Virus record (IMG/VR): IMGVR_UViG_3300020045_005998
Location: 1-27,190 of that record
Length of the DNA: 27,190 nucleotides
Direction: 5' to 3' (one strand)
From: a virus
Taxonomy: Duplodnaviria; Caudoviricetes
The translations under genes were made by a program, and so were the position numbers. Of the stretch, positions 1 through 10,188 are shown piece after piece (position 1 is the stretch's first letter; each line of letters opens with the position of its first letter). A model generated the notes under the pieces. It did no database searches. It had not been told where the DNA came from and saw nothing but the letters and a program-made list of their open reading frames with translations.

Positions 1-406
1 TAACGCAGAACCTTTCGCCTTGGGTCTTCGCGCTGTCTTCCAAGTTGAGAACGAGAACTCCTGTTGCTGAAGTATTGGCGATGATATGCTTCTTCGCAGT
101 GACGGCAGTAAGAATCGTTCCGGTCGTGGCCGTAAGAGCACCAGAAGCGGAAGTCGCTGTTAGACCATTGCCGTCTGCATCATCGGACACGTAGACGTTC
201 AGGGTGTGAATACCTGTTACGGCATTTCCGGCTTCATCTTTTACCGATATAGTGCAAGCCACTTTGTTCGTAGTCCCCGCTGCGAGTGCGGCAATAGAGA
301 CACTTCGAACTTTGCTGTAGAGTTCCGTGAACATAGTGTTCTCTGCCAGATACTCCGTCTTGTCAATTACTCCACCTCTAATGTGTGTAATGTTCTCCCT
401 TGCCAT
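1..406 (-). CDS. Ig-like (Big_1/invasin-type) virion protein, truncated at the window edge
   Basis: Not in the ORF track. My translation from the ATG at 406 (GGAG/GAGG upstream) gives MARENITHIRGGVIDKTEYLAENTMFTELYSKVRSVSIAALAAGTTNKVACTISVKDEAGNAVTGIHTLNVYVSDD..., open to the edge. 'TISVKDEAGNAVTG' resembles the bacterial Ig-like motif (T-V-K-D-A-x-G-N-x-V-x-G). Confidence 0.65.
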   Translation of the reverse strand, partial: MARENITHIRGGVIDKTEYLAENTMFTELYSKVRSVSIAALAAGTTNKVACTISVKDEAGNAVTGIHTLNVYVSDDADGNGLTATSASGALTATTGTILTAVTAKKHIIANTSATGVLVLNLEDSAKTQGERFCV

Positions 407-419
407 CCTCTTAATCTCC

Positions 420-1244
420 TTAAAGTTTTAATTTCACTGTTTTGAATAACAACGCCGCTCCCGCTGAGGAGGTATCAAGTTTGAACTGCCTGGTAGATAC
501 AAAAGGAGTCAATTTGAATATTGAATAATTATAGTACCCCCAAGCTAATATGTTCGTATCTGTATTTGAGCCAGCAAGGCATACCTGAAAATTCTCGAAA
601 TTTGTCCCATCTAAAGAGGATAATATGTATACCGCCGCTCCAGAAGAACTCTTTCCTCCATACTCTATAAGATCGAGAGCATCAACATCGAGAAGATCTG
701 AATGATCCACCGTGGCAAAGAGGTTTGTTAAACTGACTGTTGATACGCACTGAGAAGACTTCCCGAAGGTGAGATAGTTCCCCGTGAGAACGGCGAGAAC
801 AGCGGCCCCATCTGTGAACGTCCTCCAGAAGGTACGATAACGGTAATGGGTAATCTCGGCATCTTCTTCTGGACTTCCTGCTCCAGTCTTCGCCGTATAA
901 GCTCTGAACTCGCAGGAGCCATCAGAATCAAGTTTGACAAGGTAGATGAAGTAAAGGATCTGCGTAGCAGATACCGTCTCCGGAAGGTCTACATCCGTAT
1001 CCGCCGTTGTCTCAAGAAGGATCAGCCTGGTGGAGTCCCAGGCTGTGCAGGGGGTAAAGGTTAAGGTATTCCCTGATACAGTAGCGTCCCCACCGAGGAT
1101 GTCATTGTGGTGACCAGTAGAGTAACTGGCAGTCTCGTAACCGTTCTCACCACTGTTGACAACCAGTGCTTTCCCAGCCTCACCAGAAAGCGAAGCGGGG
1201 TGCCGCTTGTCGTAGTTTATGTATGTTCTCGGATCAATCGCCAT
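420..1244 (-). CDS. putative second tail fibre / receptor-binding-associated protein
   Basis: 274 aa, beta-rich and Thr/Ser/Gly-rich, directly downstream of the tail fibre. The N-terminal 'LSGEAGKALVVNSGENGYE' is a typical fibre segment. Function is inferred from position. Confidence 0.5.
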   Translation of the reverse strand: MAIDPRTYINYDKRHPASLSGEAGKALVVNSGENGYETASYSTGHHNDILGGDATVSGNTLTFTPCTAWDSTRLILLETTADTDVDLPETVSATQILYFIYLVKLDSDGSCEFRAYTAKTGAGSPEEDAEITHYRYRTFWRTFTDGAAVLAVLTGNYLTFGKSSQCVSTVSLTNLFATVDHSDLLDVDALDLIEYGGKSSSGAAVYILSSLDGTNFENFQVCLAGSNTDTNILAWGYYNYSIFKLTPFVSTRQFKLDTSSAGAALLFKTVKLKL

Positions 1245-1263
1245 GTCTTATCCTATTGGAAAA

Positions 1264-3264
1264 TTAGCTTGTTTTAATCAAAGAATTTAACTTTTGTTCT
1301 AACTCGGAAATTATCTTCTGCTGCTCCTGAATAGCCCTAACTAGAGGTGCTATGAACTCGGTATAGCCAAGAGACATTACATCTTTACCACCATTTAGTG
1401 AGTGGTTCTGAAAGCCGCCAAAAAATTCCGGCACTTCCTGGGCGATAAACCCATGGTGAAATCGTGTCCTTTTTTTACTCCCGTCTCTTACTTCAGAATG
1501 GTAGTCGTCTCTCATGTCCCACTTAAAATCTACGGGCCTTAAAGACATTACGAACGATAAACCGAGAGAAGTATCGCGTATATCTGTCTTATCCCTCTTG
1601 TCTGATCTGTTTTGAACAGCCCCAAAAGCGTATGTTGTTGTTGAAGAGTTTCCTAGCTGTACTTGGTTGTCTCCAGTAACTACACTTGCATACCCTAAAG
1701 CCGTGCTATTTGTCCAATTACCTGACAACATAGCTTGATAGCCGACAGCGGTATTGTGATTTCCTGTTGTTATCGCGTATCCTGCTGCTCTCCCAATAAG
1801 ACAATTGTACGATCCTGTCGTGCAAGAGGCCCCTGACACAGCACCTAGAGCCGTATTGTTTTGCCCCCCATTTGAAACGAATAATGACTGATTCCCGATA
1901 GAAGTATTACCGTCCCCAGTCTGACTAGTGCTAAACGCAGATTCCCCTACTACAGTGTTACTTCCACCTGTAGTAATTTTACATCCAGATTTGTGACCTA
2001 TTAAGGTGTTGTTACCGCCTGTTGTTGCAGACGCTCCCGCATCGTATCCAACAGCCACCATAGAACCACCAGTAAAAACTTTTGCAGCATTAGTCCCCAC
2101 CGCGGTATTTTCTAAATACGTTGACGTTAGAGAAGAAAGAGCCGAATATCCTACGGCAACATTCCCGCTACTTCCCGTGCAAGAGCCTAGAGCACCATTC
2201 CCAACCGCAACATTGTTTGTCGCGGTAGTTGTAGAATCTAAAGCTCCAGTTCCAACAGCTACAGAGCCTATGTCATCGTTAAGGCCCTTATTAACAAGTA
2301 CCTCTATCCCACTTTGGGCCGCTTCAGCAGCAGCTTGTGCAGCCTCAGCGTTTGTCTCTGCTGTCTCAGCAGCAGCTTGCGCGGTCTCGGCATCCGTAAC
2401 TGCAGTAGCTAAATCTTCAGCAAGTCCTGTAAGGTCGTAGGTGTTGAAACTGATAATATCCAACTCATCCCCCGCTGCCGCTCCTGAATTGAGAGTCAAG
2501 ACACTGGCCGCCGTTGTCGAGTTCAAGGTATAGTCTTCGGTAAGACGAAGTTTACGAGTGTTAAGGAAAACGAGTATGTTCTCTTGCTTGGTTGGTTGAG
2601 TTATGGTAAAGGCTGTTTGACCTGTGGTTGCTGTGTAGTGGTCTGTCTTTATCGCATCCGATCTCTCACCAATTGCCGTCATATTGTCGGCTACGTCTTC
2701 CATCAGGTCACGGGCTTCGTCATAGATCGAAGCGATGTCGAGAACCAATCGCCATTTACTACTGGCAAGATCCGTAGCGAAAGTCCCAGAAGTATGTGTC
2801 TCCAAACAGGCATACCAGTTGGTATCGTATTCAACAAAGTCTTTAAGGGTATAATCGGTATCCGTGGCCCAAAATCCTCTCCAGTTAGAGGCGCTGGTAT
2901 TCCCTTCTAGCTTGTCGTTAAGCTGTTGGAGTATCATAATGTTGCGGTCGAAAGCGGTCTCAAGGGTGTCCATGCTGAGCGGGCCTTGGTTCTCAAGAGC
3001 AACACTTTGCGTAATAGGAAGAACTCGGGAGATTTCAAGAGTTCCTGTGGTGGGAGCGTAAACCGATGTTACTGATCCCCCCACATTATCAGAGTCACGG
3101 ACTAAAGTATAATCTGTCCCCTCGGAGAGAATCGTCACGTTCCCAAAGGCGTCGAGATAGGAGATCGTTATATCTGAATTGAGGTAGGCTTTGAAGGAGT
3201 AAGAGTAAATCCCCGGACCTGTGTAGAGGAAGGTAACAACAGAGCTTGTCGATTCAACGGTCAT
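1264..3264 (-). CDS. tail fibre/tailspike with C-terminal intramolecular chaperone (peptidase S74)
   Basis: Domains in order: T7 gp17-like N-terminal anchor (YTGPGIYSYSF...LETAFDRNIMILQQL), CBM5/12-like segment (WRGFWATDTDY...WRLV), Ala-rich coil, ~17-aa repeats (NxAVGxxA), then S74 motifs SDKRDKTDI / LRPVDFKW / HGFIAQEV / APLVRAIQEQQ. RBS AGGAG. Confidence 0.9.
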   Translation of the reverse strand: MTVESTSSVVTFLYTGPGIYSYSFKAYLNSDITISYLDAFGNVTILSEGTDYTLVRDSDNVGGSVTSVYAPTTGTLEISRVLPITQSVALENQGPLSMDTLETAFDRNIMILQQLNDKLEGNTSASNWRGFWATDTDYTLKDFVEYDTNWYACLETHTSGTFATDLASSKWRLVLDIASIYDEARDLMEDVADNMTAIGERSDAIKTDHYTATTGQTAFTITQPTKQENILVFLNTRKLRLTEDYTLNSTTAASVLTLNSGAAAGDELDIISFNTYDLTGLAEDLATAVTDAETAQAAAETAETNAEAAQAAAEAAQSGIEVLVNKGLNDDIGSVAVGTGALDSTTTATNNVAVGNGALGSCTGSSGNVAVGYSALSSLTSTYLENTAVGTNAAKVFTGGSMVAVGYDAGASATTGGNNTLIGHKSGCKITTGGSNTVVGESAFSTSQTGDGNTSIGNQSLFVSNGGQNNTALGAVSGASCTTGSYNCLIGRAAGYAITTGNHNTAVGYQAMLSGNWTNSTALGYASVVTGDNQVQLGNSSTTTYAFGAVQNRSDKRDKTDIRDTSLGLSFVMSLRPVDFKWDMRDDYHSEVRDGSKKRTRFHHGFIAQEVPEFFGGFQNHSLNGGKDVMSLGYTEFIAPLVRAIQEQQKIISELEQKLNSLIKTS

Positions 3265-3304
3265 TGTTGACTCCTATGAAAGGGGTTTATTGCAAACGGT
3301 AGCA

Positions 3305-6300
3305 TTATTTTGTTAATTTATCAACTTTTTTATCAGATGCGCCGGTAAGTGTCAAAAGAAATCTTCCTAACTCGCCTTCAGTCAGATCGTTCGCCGCTGA
3401 GTAGGTAATCCTCTGACTGAGAAGCAGGGGAACCGGAGTAACCATCTGTGCTCCGGCAAGGAGCCCTTTACCCCATTTCTCGAAAGGTTCCCCGTTGACC
3501 GCCTGAACTGTCGCCCGAGTGAGTTCCCCAATTACCTCCGTTGCCAGATCCTGATTCCCTGGGTACTGCTTGAGACCGAGAAAACCACGGACAACACTTT
3601 CCAATCCCGGCCCCAGAAAAGGTACTCCCGCCAGTGGTCCGACAACTCCCGCAGCGATCATCTCTTCCGTGTCCCAGACTCCGTAGTTAGAAGCAAGGCT
3701 GTAGAGCATACCGGAGAGGGTGTGAGCGACGAACATTGTCTTGGCAGTCTGTCCTACCAGCCCCAACTTCCGAGCCTTCAGAGCGTCAATTTTGGACCCT
3801 TGAGCGGCAAGTTCTTCAGCCGGTGCGCCTTTCTCCCTGAGAGTATTGTAAACGTCTCCTTCCTTGCCGATCTGCTCGTAGAATTTGACAACATCGAATA
3901 CCGCCTCATGGCTCATTCGCATAAGTGAGAAGACCCCTGTGCTGAAAGTCGAAGCGAGTTTCGATACCGGGTTCTGGGACTTCTGGAACGGTGTCTGGTA
4001 AGAGACTTCCGAAGTCTGCTGTGACCGGTTCATCGCCGCCTCAACTCGAAGCCCCGCCTCTTCCACGGTCATCTTCCCTGCCTCGACCTGCTTGAGAAGT
4101 CCTCGGTAAAGTGAATACCCACCAAGATAGACAGAAGCCTTATCACCTGCCACAATCGTCATGGAGAGGTACTTGTTCGCAAGATACTCCTGATCGGCGT
4201 AGAGTTTGGAGAGTTTCTTCGACAACGGGGGACGGGAGACAAGAGCCGTGTGAGTAAACACCGGGTCGATACCCTCAACCCCCCTCGCCTTGATAGTCGG
4301 GGACATCTCGTCCATAACTTTCATGGCGTGTTGCGGATCCGCCAAGGCCTCAATAACTCCACTGGCGAACTCTCTTGCCGACATCCCGTTCTCAACCGCA
4401 AAGTTCACGAAGGAGTTTACCTGCTTGATGCCGACCATCGCTTTGCCGAAGAGGGAACCACGAACCACGTTCGACCGGATGAAGTCAACAACCGTCGGAG
4501 TCTCAAAAGTAACCCGGCCCCGACCGATGTCTTTCATGTGGGCGAGGATCGCGTTGTTAATCTCTCCGGCTGTCTGCTTGTCGAATCGGGTATTCACTCC
4601 CTGAATGAATTCGTTGTCGAGCAGAACCTTCCGCCAGTTGTCAACCTTATCAGCGAAAGATGTGTAGTGGGCGGTGTCCGAGGCTTCACTCTCAAGACCG
4701 GCAAGCAAGTTTTGTATAAGAATCGGTTTGTCAGAGCCTTCTGTTGCCTCCATAAGGGAACGAAGGTTGCTGGCCGAAGGTTTGGCGTCCCCCATGTTCC
4801 GAAGAAGGGGATCAACATTCATGTCGGCGTCGAACCCTTCCCGGTGAATCGTTCCTGCGTAGCTCTCCTTCAAGGGAAGGTCGTACCCGTTCTGCCTACG
4901 GAATACTTCGTTCTTCAGTCCGTGCGTCTTACGATAGAAGGAAAGGGTAAGCTCCTTCATTACTTGGTCTTGCGGATCAAGGTTCTGAATGGCGGCGATC
5001 ATCTCGTCTGTGTAACCTTTCACTCTCTGGAAATGTGCTCGGATGTCCTTGTTATCCAGATCGGCTGCGTGACGGATGCGCTCGAATCTGTTAAGCATTA
5101 TAAACTTTTTATTTCCTACCTCATCAACTGTGTAAATGGGTTCCCCCGCAGCATCAAGAATCGTCTGTCCCTCGGCATACAGTTCACGACGTTTGAAGTC
5201 GTACAACTGCTTATCGGTCATGGTTCCGTTCTCGCCGTAGGTGGTCTTCAACATACTGTCCACCTCGTTCGAGAGTTCGCGGTGAAGGACTCCTCGGTTG
5301 CGCTCCTCCTGGGTTGAATCAAAGACCTTGTAGATTTCAGACTCTTGAAAGGCCTTGTTCATATCCCGCATGAGGATGCGAGCTATACCCATCCAATTCC
5401 CGGTAACGAAGTACCCCGGCTTGTTGAACAGGCGCATGAACAGATCCTTGGGACCTCGGGGGATCTTTGTGGTAGCATCTCCCACCTCCTTACCCTTCGA
5501 CTTGATCTGGTCAAGAGGTCGGTCACCAAGAAGTTCGGTAAGAGCTGTCCTGCGGGAACCAACGGCTCGTACCTCGTCAGCGAGGAGTTGCTCGAACCTT
5601 TTCTCGGTTCCCAGTTCCAGAAGCTCCGTAACCGCCTCATGGACTTTACGCAATCCTCCTAGGGTATTCTGCCGCTTGTCCTGACGGATGCGGAGAAGGC
5701 CTTCCAGGATCGTTCTGTTGACCCCTTCCGGAAGTTCCTTGGTTCCATCAAGGTATCCAGCAAGAGCTTCCTTGTCGGGCTTGATAAACAGCTTGATTGT
5801 CCGGAAGATCCCGGTCGTATCTGCGTCCTTTATCCCGTCCTTCTTTGCCCCTTTACGAATCGTGTCATTGATCTGAGCGATCAACTTATTACGTTCGGCG
5901 GTTATATTCTGCTCCCGCCTACGCTCGTCTACCATCTGACGGACGAGAGCCTTACCTCTGGCAAGACCGTTCTTGTCTCCCTGCCGTTCCGCTTTCTTGG
6001 CTTGGGACACAACCTCTCGGATCTTCTCCCGGAACAACTTGTTGCTCTCAGCGGTCATCTCCGGCACATCCGGCCCCGGTTCCAACCAGCCCGGCTCGGC
6101 AAGTTCCTGCGCCTTCTCAGCGGCAAGTTGCGCTCGTATGAGAGCCTCTTCGGAACCTGTCACAGTTGGGTCTTTCGCCATCTGCTCAAGTTCTTTCAGT
6201 TCGGCAGAGAGGGCTTTCTTCTCGTTGACCTTCTGCCGCCACAAACTTTTGAGAACCTTGGCCTCTTTAATGGCCGCAGCCCGTTCCGGGTCAGTGGTTT

Positions 6301-8044
6301 TCTGTCCGGCTTCCTTCAGTTCTTTCTCTCGGGCAATGGCGCGGTTCTTCCGCTCAACAATACCTGCGGGACGGGGAGCGTTCGGTTTTGGTTCCTCTCC
6401 AGCCTTCCTTGCTTCACGAACGGCTTTCGAGGCTTCCTTCCACTCAGCCGTCGCTTTCATAACCTCGGGATCGGTGAAGGGTCGTCCCTCGTCATCCAAG
6501 GCTTTGACCGCGGCCTTGGCTGCGTCCTGTCTGGCGATCAGTTCAAGCGGAACGGTTCCCTCAACCTTGGGCGCCGGTTGGTCGATTCGCTGTTGAGCTG
6601 GGGTCTCACCATCCAACTCGAAGACAACCTCCTCCGGCCCCGACTCTTTGCTGTTAAGCTGCTTCTCAAGTTCATAAAGTTTCTCTTGGAGAACGGTGAC
6701 CTTTTGTTCGTGCTCACTGATCGGAATACCTGAGTCCTTACCTCCTCTGGTTATGATCGTTCGCTCGATTACAGAATCAAGGTTTTCCTCGGGTACTTTG
6801 AACAGTTCGTCAGTCAAGACCTCCCGCTCTTTGTTCTCTTTGAAACTGAGCCGTTCAGTGAGTTCGTCATTCGGGCTTATATCAAGTCTGGAACCTTCTT
6901 CGTTTTTCACGTTGAGGTCCATCCCAGTCTTCTCTTTTTCTTTCAACCTTGCGAGATACCCGTCCACACTATCTTCACGGGTGAGAAGTTTCTTCTTTCC
7001 AGTGTTAAGAAGTCTTAACCCCTTACCTGCGGCGATAGCCCCTCCACCAAGCATCAGGCCTAATATCCCCCCAGTGACAGCCTGGCCCTTGATCCGGTTA
7101 ATCATGTGACCAATGCTCGGGTGCTCAAACTCGGTACCATATACGGCGTTGTTGGTCTCCTTCGCCAGCTCCTCAAAGAAGATATTGCTTACTTCGATTG
7201 CCCCCATCGTCCCCGCTGCAGTAACTGCCCCAGTAGCAACTGCTCCGGTGGCCGACTTGGCTATGACTTGCGCGGTTGCGCTCGATATAACTCGCTCAGT
7301 AACCTCCCGCTTAACAGCCGGAGCAAGTGCACCCGCCACCTTGCCAATACCTGCCCAACCAAGAGCTGTACCGATAAGGCCACTAAAAAAAGACGAAGCC
7401 CGAACTATCCCAGGTTCGACGCCTACTTGGTGAAGCGTGGCGGCGGTCATACCCGCTAAAGAGTCGGCATCATAACCCCCAGTCATCCCTATGAAGAAAT
7501 TCGGGGCGTAAGAAACTGGGTTGAACATATTCATCCGTACCGCGTCAATTCCCGCTTGAATACGATCTCCTGTGAAGATCGTGGCCGGAAAAGAAGAAAC
7601 AACCTCAAGAACTTTGTCCATCCCTCCCTCACTCTCTTGCATGGGTGGGAGATTAATGATTTTTGTCATTACCTCTTCCCTGGCTTGGTTGTTTCCTTGC
7701 CGTTCCGCTTTTCCGAGTAAGTAATAGAGATGCCCTACTTCCGCCGACTGCTCGTAGAACTTCTTACCCCGTTCGCCCGTGTTTACGGCCCATTCTTTGG
7801 CCTCCGCCAATCCGAATGGTGAATCAGAGAGGCCCTGCTGCGGTTCCTCACGAAGGGGAACTACGGGTTCGTCCGGTTCGGCCATGAGAGTTGCAAGGTC
7901 TATACCTTCTGGCTCGTCCGGTTCCGCCATGAGAGAAGCGAGGTCAATACCTTCTGGCTCGGTGTCCATCTCCAAAGGCCGGGGCCACTCCACATCTTCA
8001 GTTGATACTTCGTTCGTCATGTCTGGGTTAAGCGGAGTAGCCAT
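3305..8044 (-). CDS. large internal virion (ejection) protein, T7 gp16 position
   Basis: 1579 aa, helical and charged, with Gly/Ala hydrophobic segments. It is the last of three genes between tail tubular B and the tail fibre. No enzyme motif was recognised. Confidence 0.7.
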   Translation of the reverse strand: MATPLNPDMTNEVSTEDVEWPRPLEMDTEPEGIDLASLMAEPDEPEGIDLATLMAEPDEPVVPLREEPQQGLSDSPFGLAEAKEWAVNTGERGKKFYEQSAEVGHLYYLLGKAERQGNNQAREEVMTKIINLPPMQESEGGMDKVLEVVSSFPATIFTGDRIQAGIDAVRMNMFNPVSYAPNFFIGMTGGYDADSLAGMTAATLHQVGVEPGIVRASSFFSGLIGTALGWAGIGKVAGALAPAVKREVTERVISSATAQVIAKSATGAVATGAVTAAGTMGAIEVSNIFFEELAKETNNAVYGTEFEHPSIGHMINRIKGQAVTGGILGLMLGGGAIAAGKGLRLLNTGKKKLLTREDSVDGYLARLKEKEKTGMDLNVKNEEGSRLDISPNDELTERLSFKENKEREVLTDELFKVPEENLDSVIERTIITRGGKDSGIPISEHEQKVTVLQEKLYELEKQLNSKESGPEEVVFELDGETPAQQRIDQPAPKVEGTVPLELIARQDAAKAAVKALDDEGRPFTDPEVMKATAEWKEASKAVREARKAGEEPKPNAPRPAGIVERKNRAIAREKELKEAGQKTTDPERAAAIKEAKVLKSLWRQKVNEKKALSAELKELEQMAKDPTVTGSEEALIRAQLAAEKAQELAEPGWLEPGPDVPEMTAESNKLFREKIREVVSQAKKAERQGDKNGLARGKALVRQMVDERRREQNITAERNKLIAQINDTIRKGAKKDGIKDADTTGIFRTIKLFIKPDKEALAGYLDGTKELPEGVNRTILEGLLRIRQDKRQNTLGGLRKVHEAVTELLELGTEKRFEQLLADEVRAVGSRRTALTELLGDRPLDQIKSKGKEVGDATTKIPRGPKDLFMRLFNKPGYFVTGNWMGIARILMRDMNKAFQESEIYKVFDSTQEERNRGVLHRELSNEVDSMLKTTYGENGTMTDKQLYDFKRRELYAEGQTILDAAGEPIYTVDEVGNKKFIMLNRFERIRHAADLDNKDIRAHFQRVKGYTDEMIAAIQNLDPQDQVMKELTLSFYRKTHGLKNEVFRRQNGYDLPLKESYAGTIHREGFDADMNVDPLLRNMGDAKPSASNLRSLMEATEGSDKPILIQNLLAGLESEASDTAHYTSFADKVDNWRKVLLDNEFIQGVNTRFDKQTAGEINNAILAHMKDIGRGRVTFETPTVVDFIRSNVVRGSLFGKAMVGIKQVNSFVNFAVENGMSAREFASGVIEALADPQHAMKVMDEMSPTIKARGVEGIDPVFTHTALVSRPPLSKKLSKLYADQEYLANKYLSMTIVAGDKASVYLGGYSLYRGLLKQVEAGKMTVEEAGLRVEAAMNRSQQTSEVSYQTPFQKSQNPVSKLASTFSTGVFSLMRMSHEAVFDVVKFYEQIGKEGDVYNTLREKGAPAEELAAQGSKIDALKARKLGLVGQTAKTMFVAHTLSGMLYSLASNYGVWDTEEMIAAGVVGPLAGVPFLGPGLESVVRGFLGLKQYPGNQDLATEVIGELTRATVQAVNGEPFEKWGKGLLAGAQMVTPVPLLLSQRITYSAANDLTEGELGRFLLTLTGASDKKVDKLTK
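7869..7960. repeat. 45-bp tandem duplication encoding (EPEGIDLAxLMAEPD)x2
   Basis: TCGTCCGGTTCGGCCATGAGAGTTGCAAGGTCTATACCTTCTGGC is followed by TCGTCCGGTTCCGCCATGAGAGAAGCGAGGTCAATACCTTCTGGC. Confidence 0.9.
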
Positions 8045-10179
8045 TATTTACCACCTTTATTCTGGAGGGCTTTCATAATCTTCTGGATTATAGCGGCTTT
8101 CGCTTCAGGAGTTTTGGCGTCATCCCATATCTTCTTGTTCGTCGCAGAACCGTTTATAATTTTCATTATCTCGGGAGGAACCTCGGCGGGTTTAGCCGGT
8201 TCCGCAGTCTTGGCCGGGGTGGCCTCGGTTTTGTTAAAGGTGAACTTTTTCTGTTCTGCCGGTGCGCCTGTCGGACTGGCTGCGGGTTCTCCTCCAGACT
8301 TGGTGAGTTTCTCCGTAGTTCCAAACCCAAACATACCTCCGATCTCTTCTTTCAGTTGTTCCTCTCTTTCTTTGCGCCATTGGCTCGAACGTCCGTTAGG
8401 GTTTTTACGTAACCAAGAATCAAGAAGATCATTCTCTCGGGCAATCGCTATTGTAGATTCCCTATCAAGTTCACCTTTCTTATATACTCCTCCAAAAGAC
8501 TGCGGATCTTTATTCTTCAACTTTTTGGAGTACAACCCCATTAAAGCGTTCTGCGTTATTGACTCCCGTACTTCCTGAGTTTCATAATCTTTGTCTTTCT
8601 CAGGTTTCGACTGGGTATCTACCATCTTCAGAACTTCCTCGGCATCTTGAGCTTTCAAGGCCTTGTTCGGGTCACGATTTTCAACAAGCCAATTTTTGAA
8701 CCCCTCAGAGCCATACGTCCACCCTTCTTGCCTTGCTTGTCCTTTAGTCTCAAGAAGTCTTTCGGTATATTCTGTATCCGTTCTTTTCTCAATATCCCTC
8801 TTAACTCCGCCAGCCAGAATCCCGAGATGGTATTTCGTGGCACTCGAAGACAATCCTGCCCCCTTTATCTCTTGTTCTGTGGCGGTTGTTTTGACTTCCC
8901 CCGTGAGTTCATCAATAGTTATCTTTGAAGTTAATCGAGCCTCTGCTACCGTCTGCCCTAAGGTCTTCTTCTCTTCTCGGTCTTTCCGGATATTGTCAAG
9001 TTCCTCAATGCCGACGTTATAGAGGGTAGCCCCCATTGATTTCTGAACGCTTTCTCCTTGAGCGTAAGCGGTATGCCATTGTGCTTCAAGAAGTTCCACT
9101 GGAACATTGTTATTATAACCAAATCGGAGAGTGTTACGAACCGCCTCTTCTTGATCCTTCTGAACTTTGTCACTCTCGCCTTTGGGACGGAGACCTTGCA
9201 TCTTAGAAAGGGTTTCTGAGAGTATGACACCATTCCCTTTACCGAGATTATCGGAAAGGGACCGCATTATGTCCGGCATCATCTCGACTCTTCGCCGGTC
9301 AGTTACCTCTTTCTCCTCGCTTTCTCTCTTGGTTTTGGCCGCTGATTCTGCAATAGCAATCTTCTTATCCATCGTGTTAAGAGCTTCTTTACTTAACGCC
9401 ATCCTGGAATAAACAGTTGAGAAGGCCTTTGCTTGGATAGGTCCATTTATCGGATCTTTGGCTACCAGACTGTCAACGATAAAGGAGGTTATATCCTCCT
9501 CTGCTTTTACCGCTTTCTCCTTGTCTGGGTGCATACTCAAAAATTTATGTATCCTACCTTCCTGCAATGTTCCGAAAGGATCTTCATAGAGATCCCGTTT
9601 AAGCTCCTCCCCTGTCCCATACACCACTTGGCCATTAAACCACTCTTGCTGCTTTACGTGGTGATCTGCCATCTTATTGAGGTTGGAGTTGTGGCGATCG
9701 CTGGACTTGGCAAGGAACTTGGCTCTGGCGTTTTCACCAAGTGAACCGGCTATCTCGTCCCGAGTAGCCCTTAACCTCTCTTCGTAAGTCCCTCTTGAAT
9801 CAATAGCGTCTTTTCCGTTAAGCCGTAAGAACCCCGGCTCTCCTGCTTCTCCTTGCTGCGGAACTTTCTCAAGAAGGTCCCTTGCTTGTATGCTGTATCG
9901 TAGGTTCGCATCTTCAGCGTAAAGCTCGTCAGTCCTATCTTGGTAACTTATCGCCGCACGAGTTATCTGATCGAATCCGGCCTGAACAACCCGCTGGTCA
10001 AGGATCGGAACTCCGCCCTTGGGGGTCGGTAAGGTCGTGGCCTCCTGCATCGCCGGACGGATCTGGGGGGCGTTCATGTTCGAACTCTCCCCACCTCGGA
10101 GCATAGGCGCGTCAAGACCTCCTGGCGCTCCCCCGGTGTTCAGTTTCTCAGATGACAAATTGAAAGATATTCTCGGCAT
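8044..10179 (-). CDS. internal virion protein, T7 gp15 position
   Basis: 711 aa, helical, with the MPRI N-terminus common in this class. The stop overlaps the next start (TAATG). Assigned by synteny. Confidence 0.65.
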   Translation of the reverse strand: MPRISFNLSSEKLNTGGAPGGLDAPMLRGGESSNMNAPQIRPAMQEATTLPTPKGGVPILDQRVVQAGFDQITRAAISYQDRTDELYAEDANLRYSIQARDLLEKVPQQGEAGEPGFLRLNGKDAIDSRGTYEERLRATRDEIAGSLGENARAKFLAKSSDRHNSNLNKMADHHVKQQEWFNGQVVYGTGEELKRDLYEDPFGTLQEGRIHKFLSMHPDKEKAVKAEEDITSFIVDSLVAKDPINGPIQAKAFSTVYSRMALSKEALNTMDKKIAIAESAAKTKRESEEKEVTDRRRVEMMPDIMRSLSDNLGKGNGVILSETLSKMQGLRPKGESDKVQKDQEEAVRNTLRFGYNNNVPVELLEAQWHTAYAQGESVQKSMGATLYNVGIEELDNIRKDREEKKTLGQTVAEARLTSKITIDELTGEVKTTATEQEIKGAGLSSSATKYHLGILAGGVKRDIEKRTDTEYTERLLETKGQARQEGWTYGSEGFKNWLVENRDPNKALKAQDAEEVLKMVDTQSKPEKDKDYETQEVRESITQNALMGLYSKKLKNKDPQSFGGVYKKGELDRESTIAIARENDLLDSWLRKNPNGRSSQWRKEREEQLKEEIGGMFGFGTTEKLTKSGGEPAASPTGAPAEQKKFTFNKTEATPAKTAEPAKPAEVPPEIMKIINGSATNKKIWDDAKTPEAKAAIIQKIMKALQNKGGK

Positions 10180-10188
10180 ATTAATTCC

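Noticed and set aside
1-3264. Diversity-generating retroelement, as in BPP-1
   Set aside because: No reverse transcriptase and no TR/VR pair with adenine-specific mismatches were seen in this window.
4250-7459. Long plus-strand ORFs (355, 207, 243 aa and others)
   Set aside because: Antisense shadows of the 1579-aa gene, with no RBS or recognisable motifs.
3305-8044. Virion RNA polymerase or lytic transglycosylase domain in the large protein
   Set aside because: No catalytic motifs were recognised by eye; an HMM or structure search would be needed.
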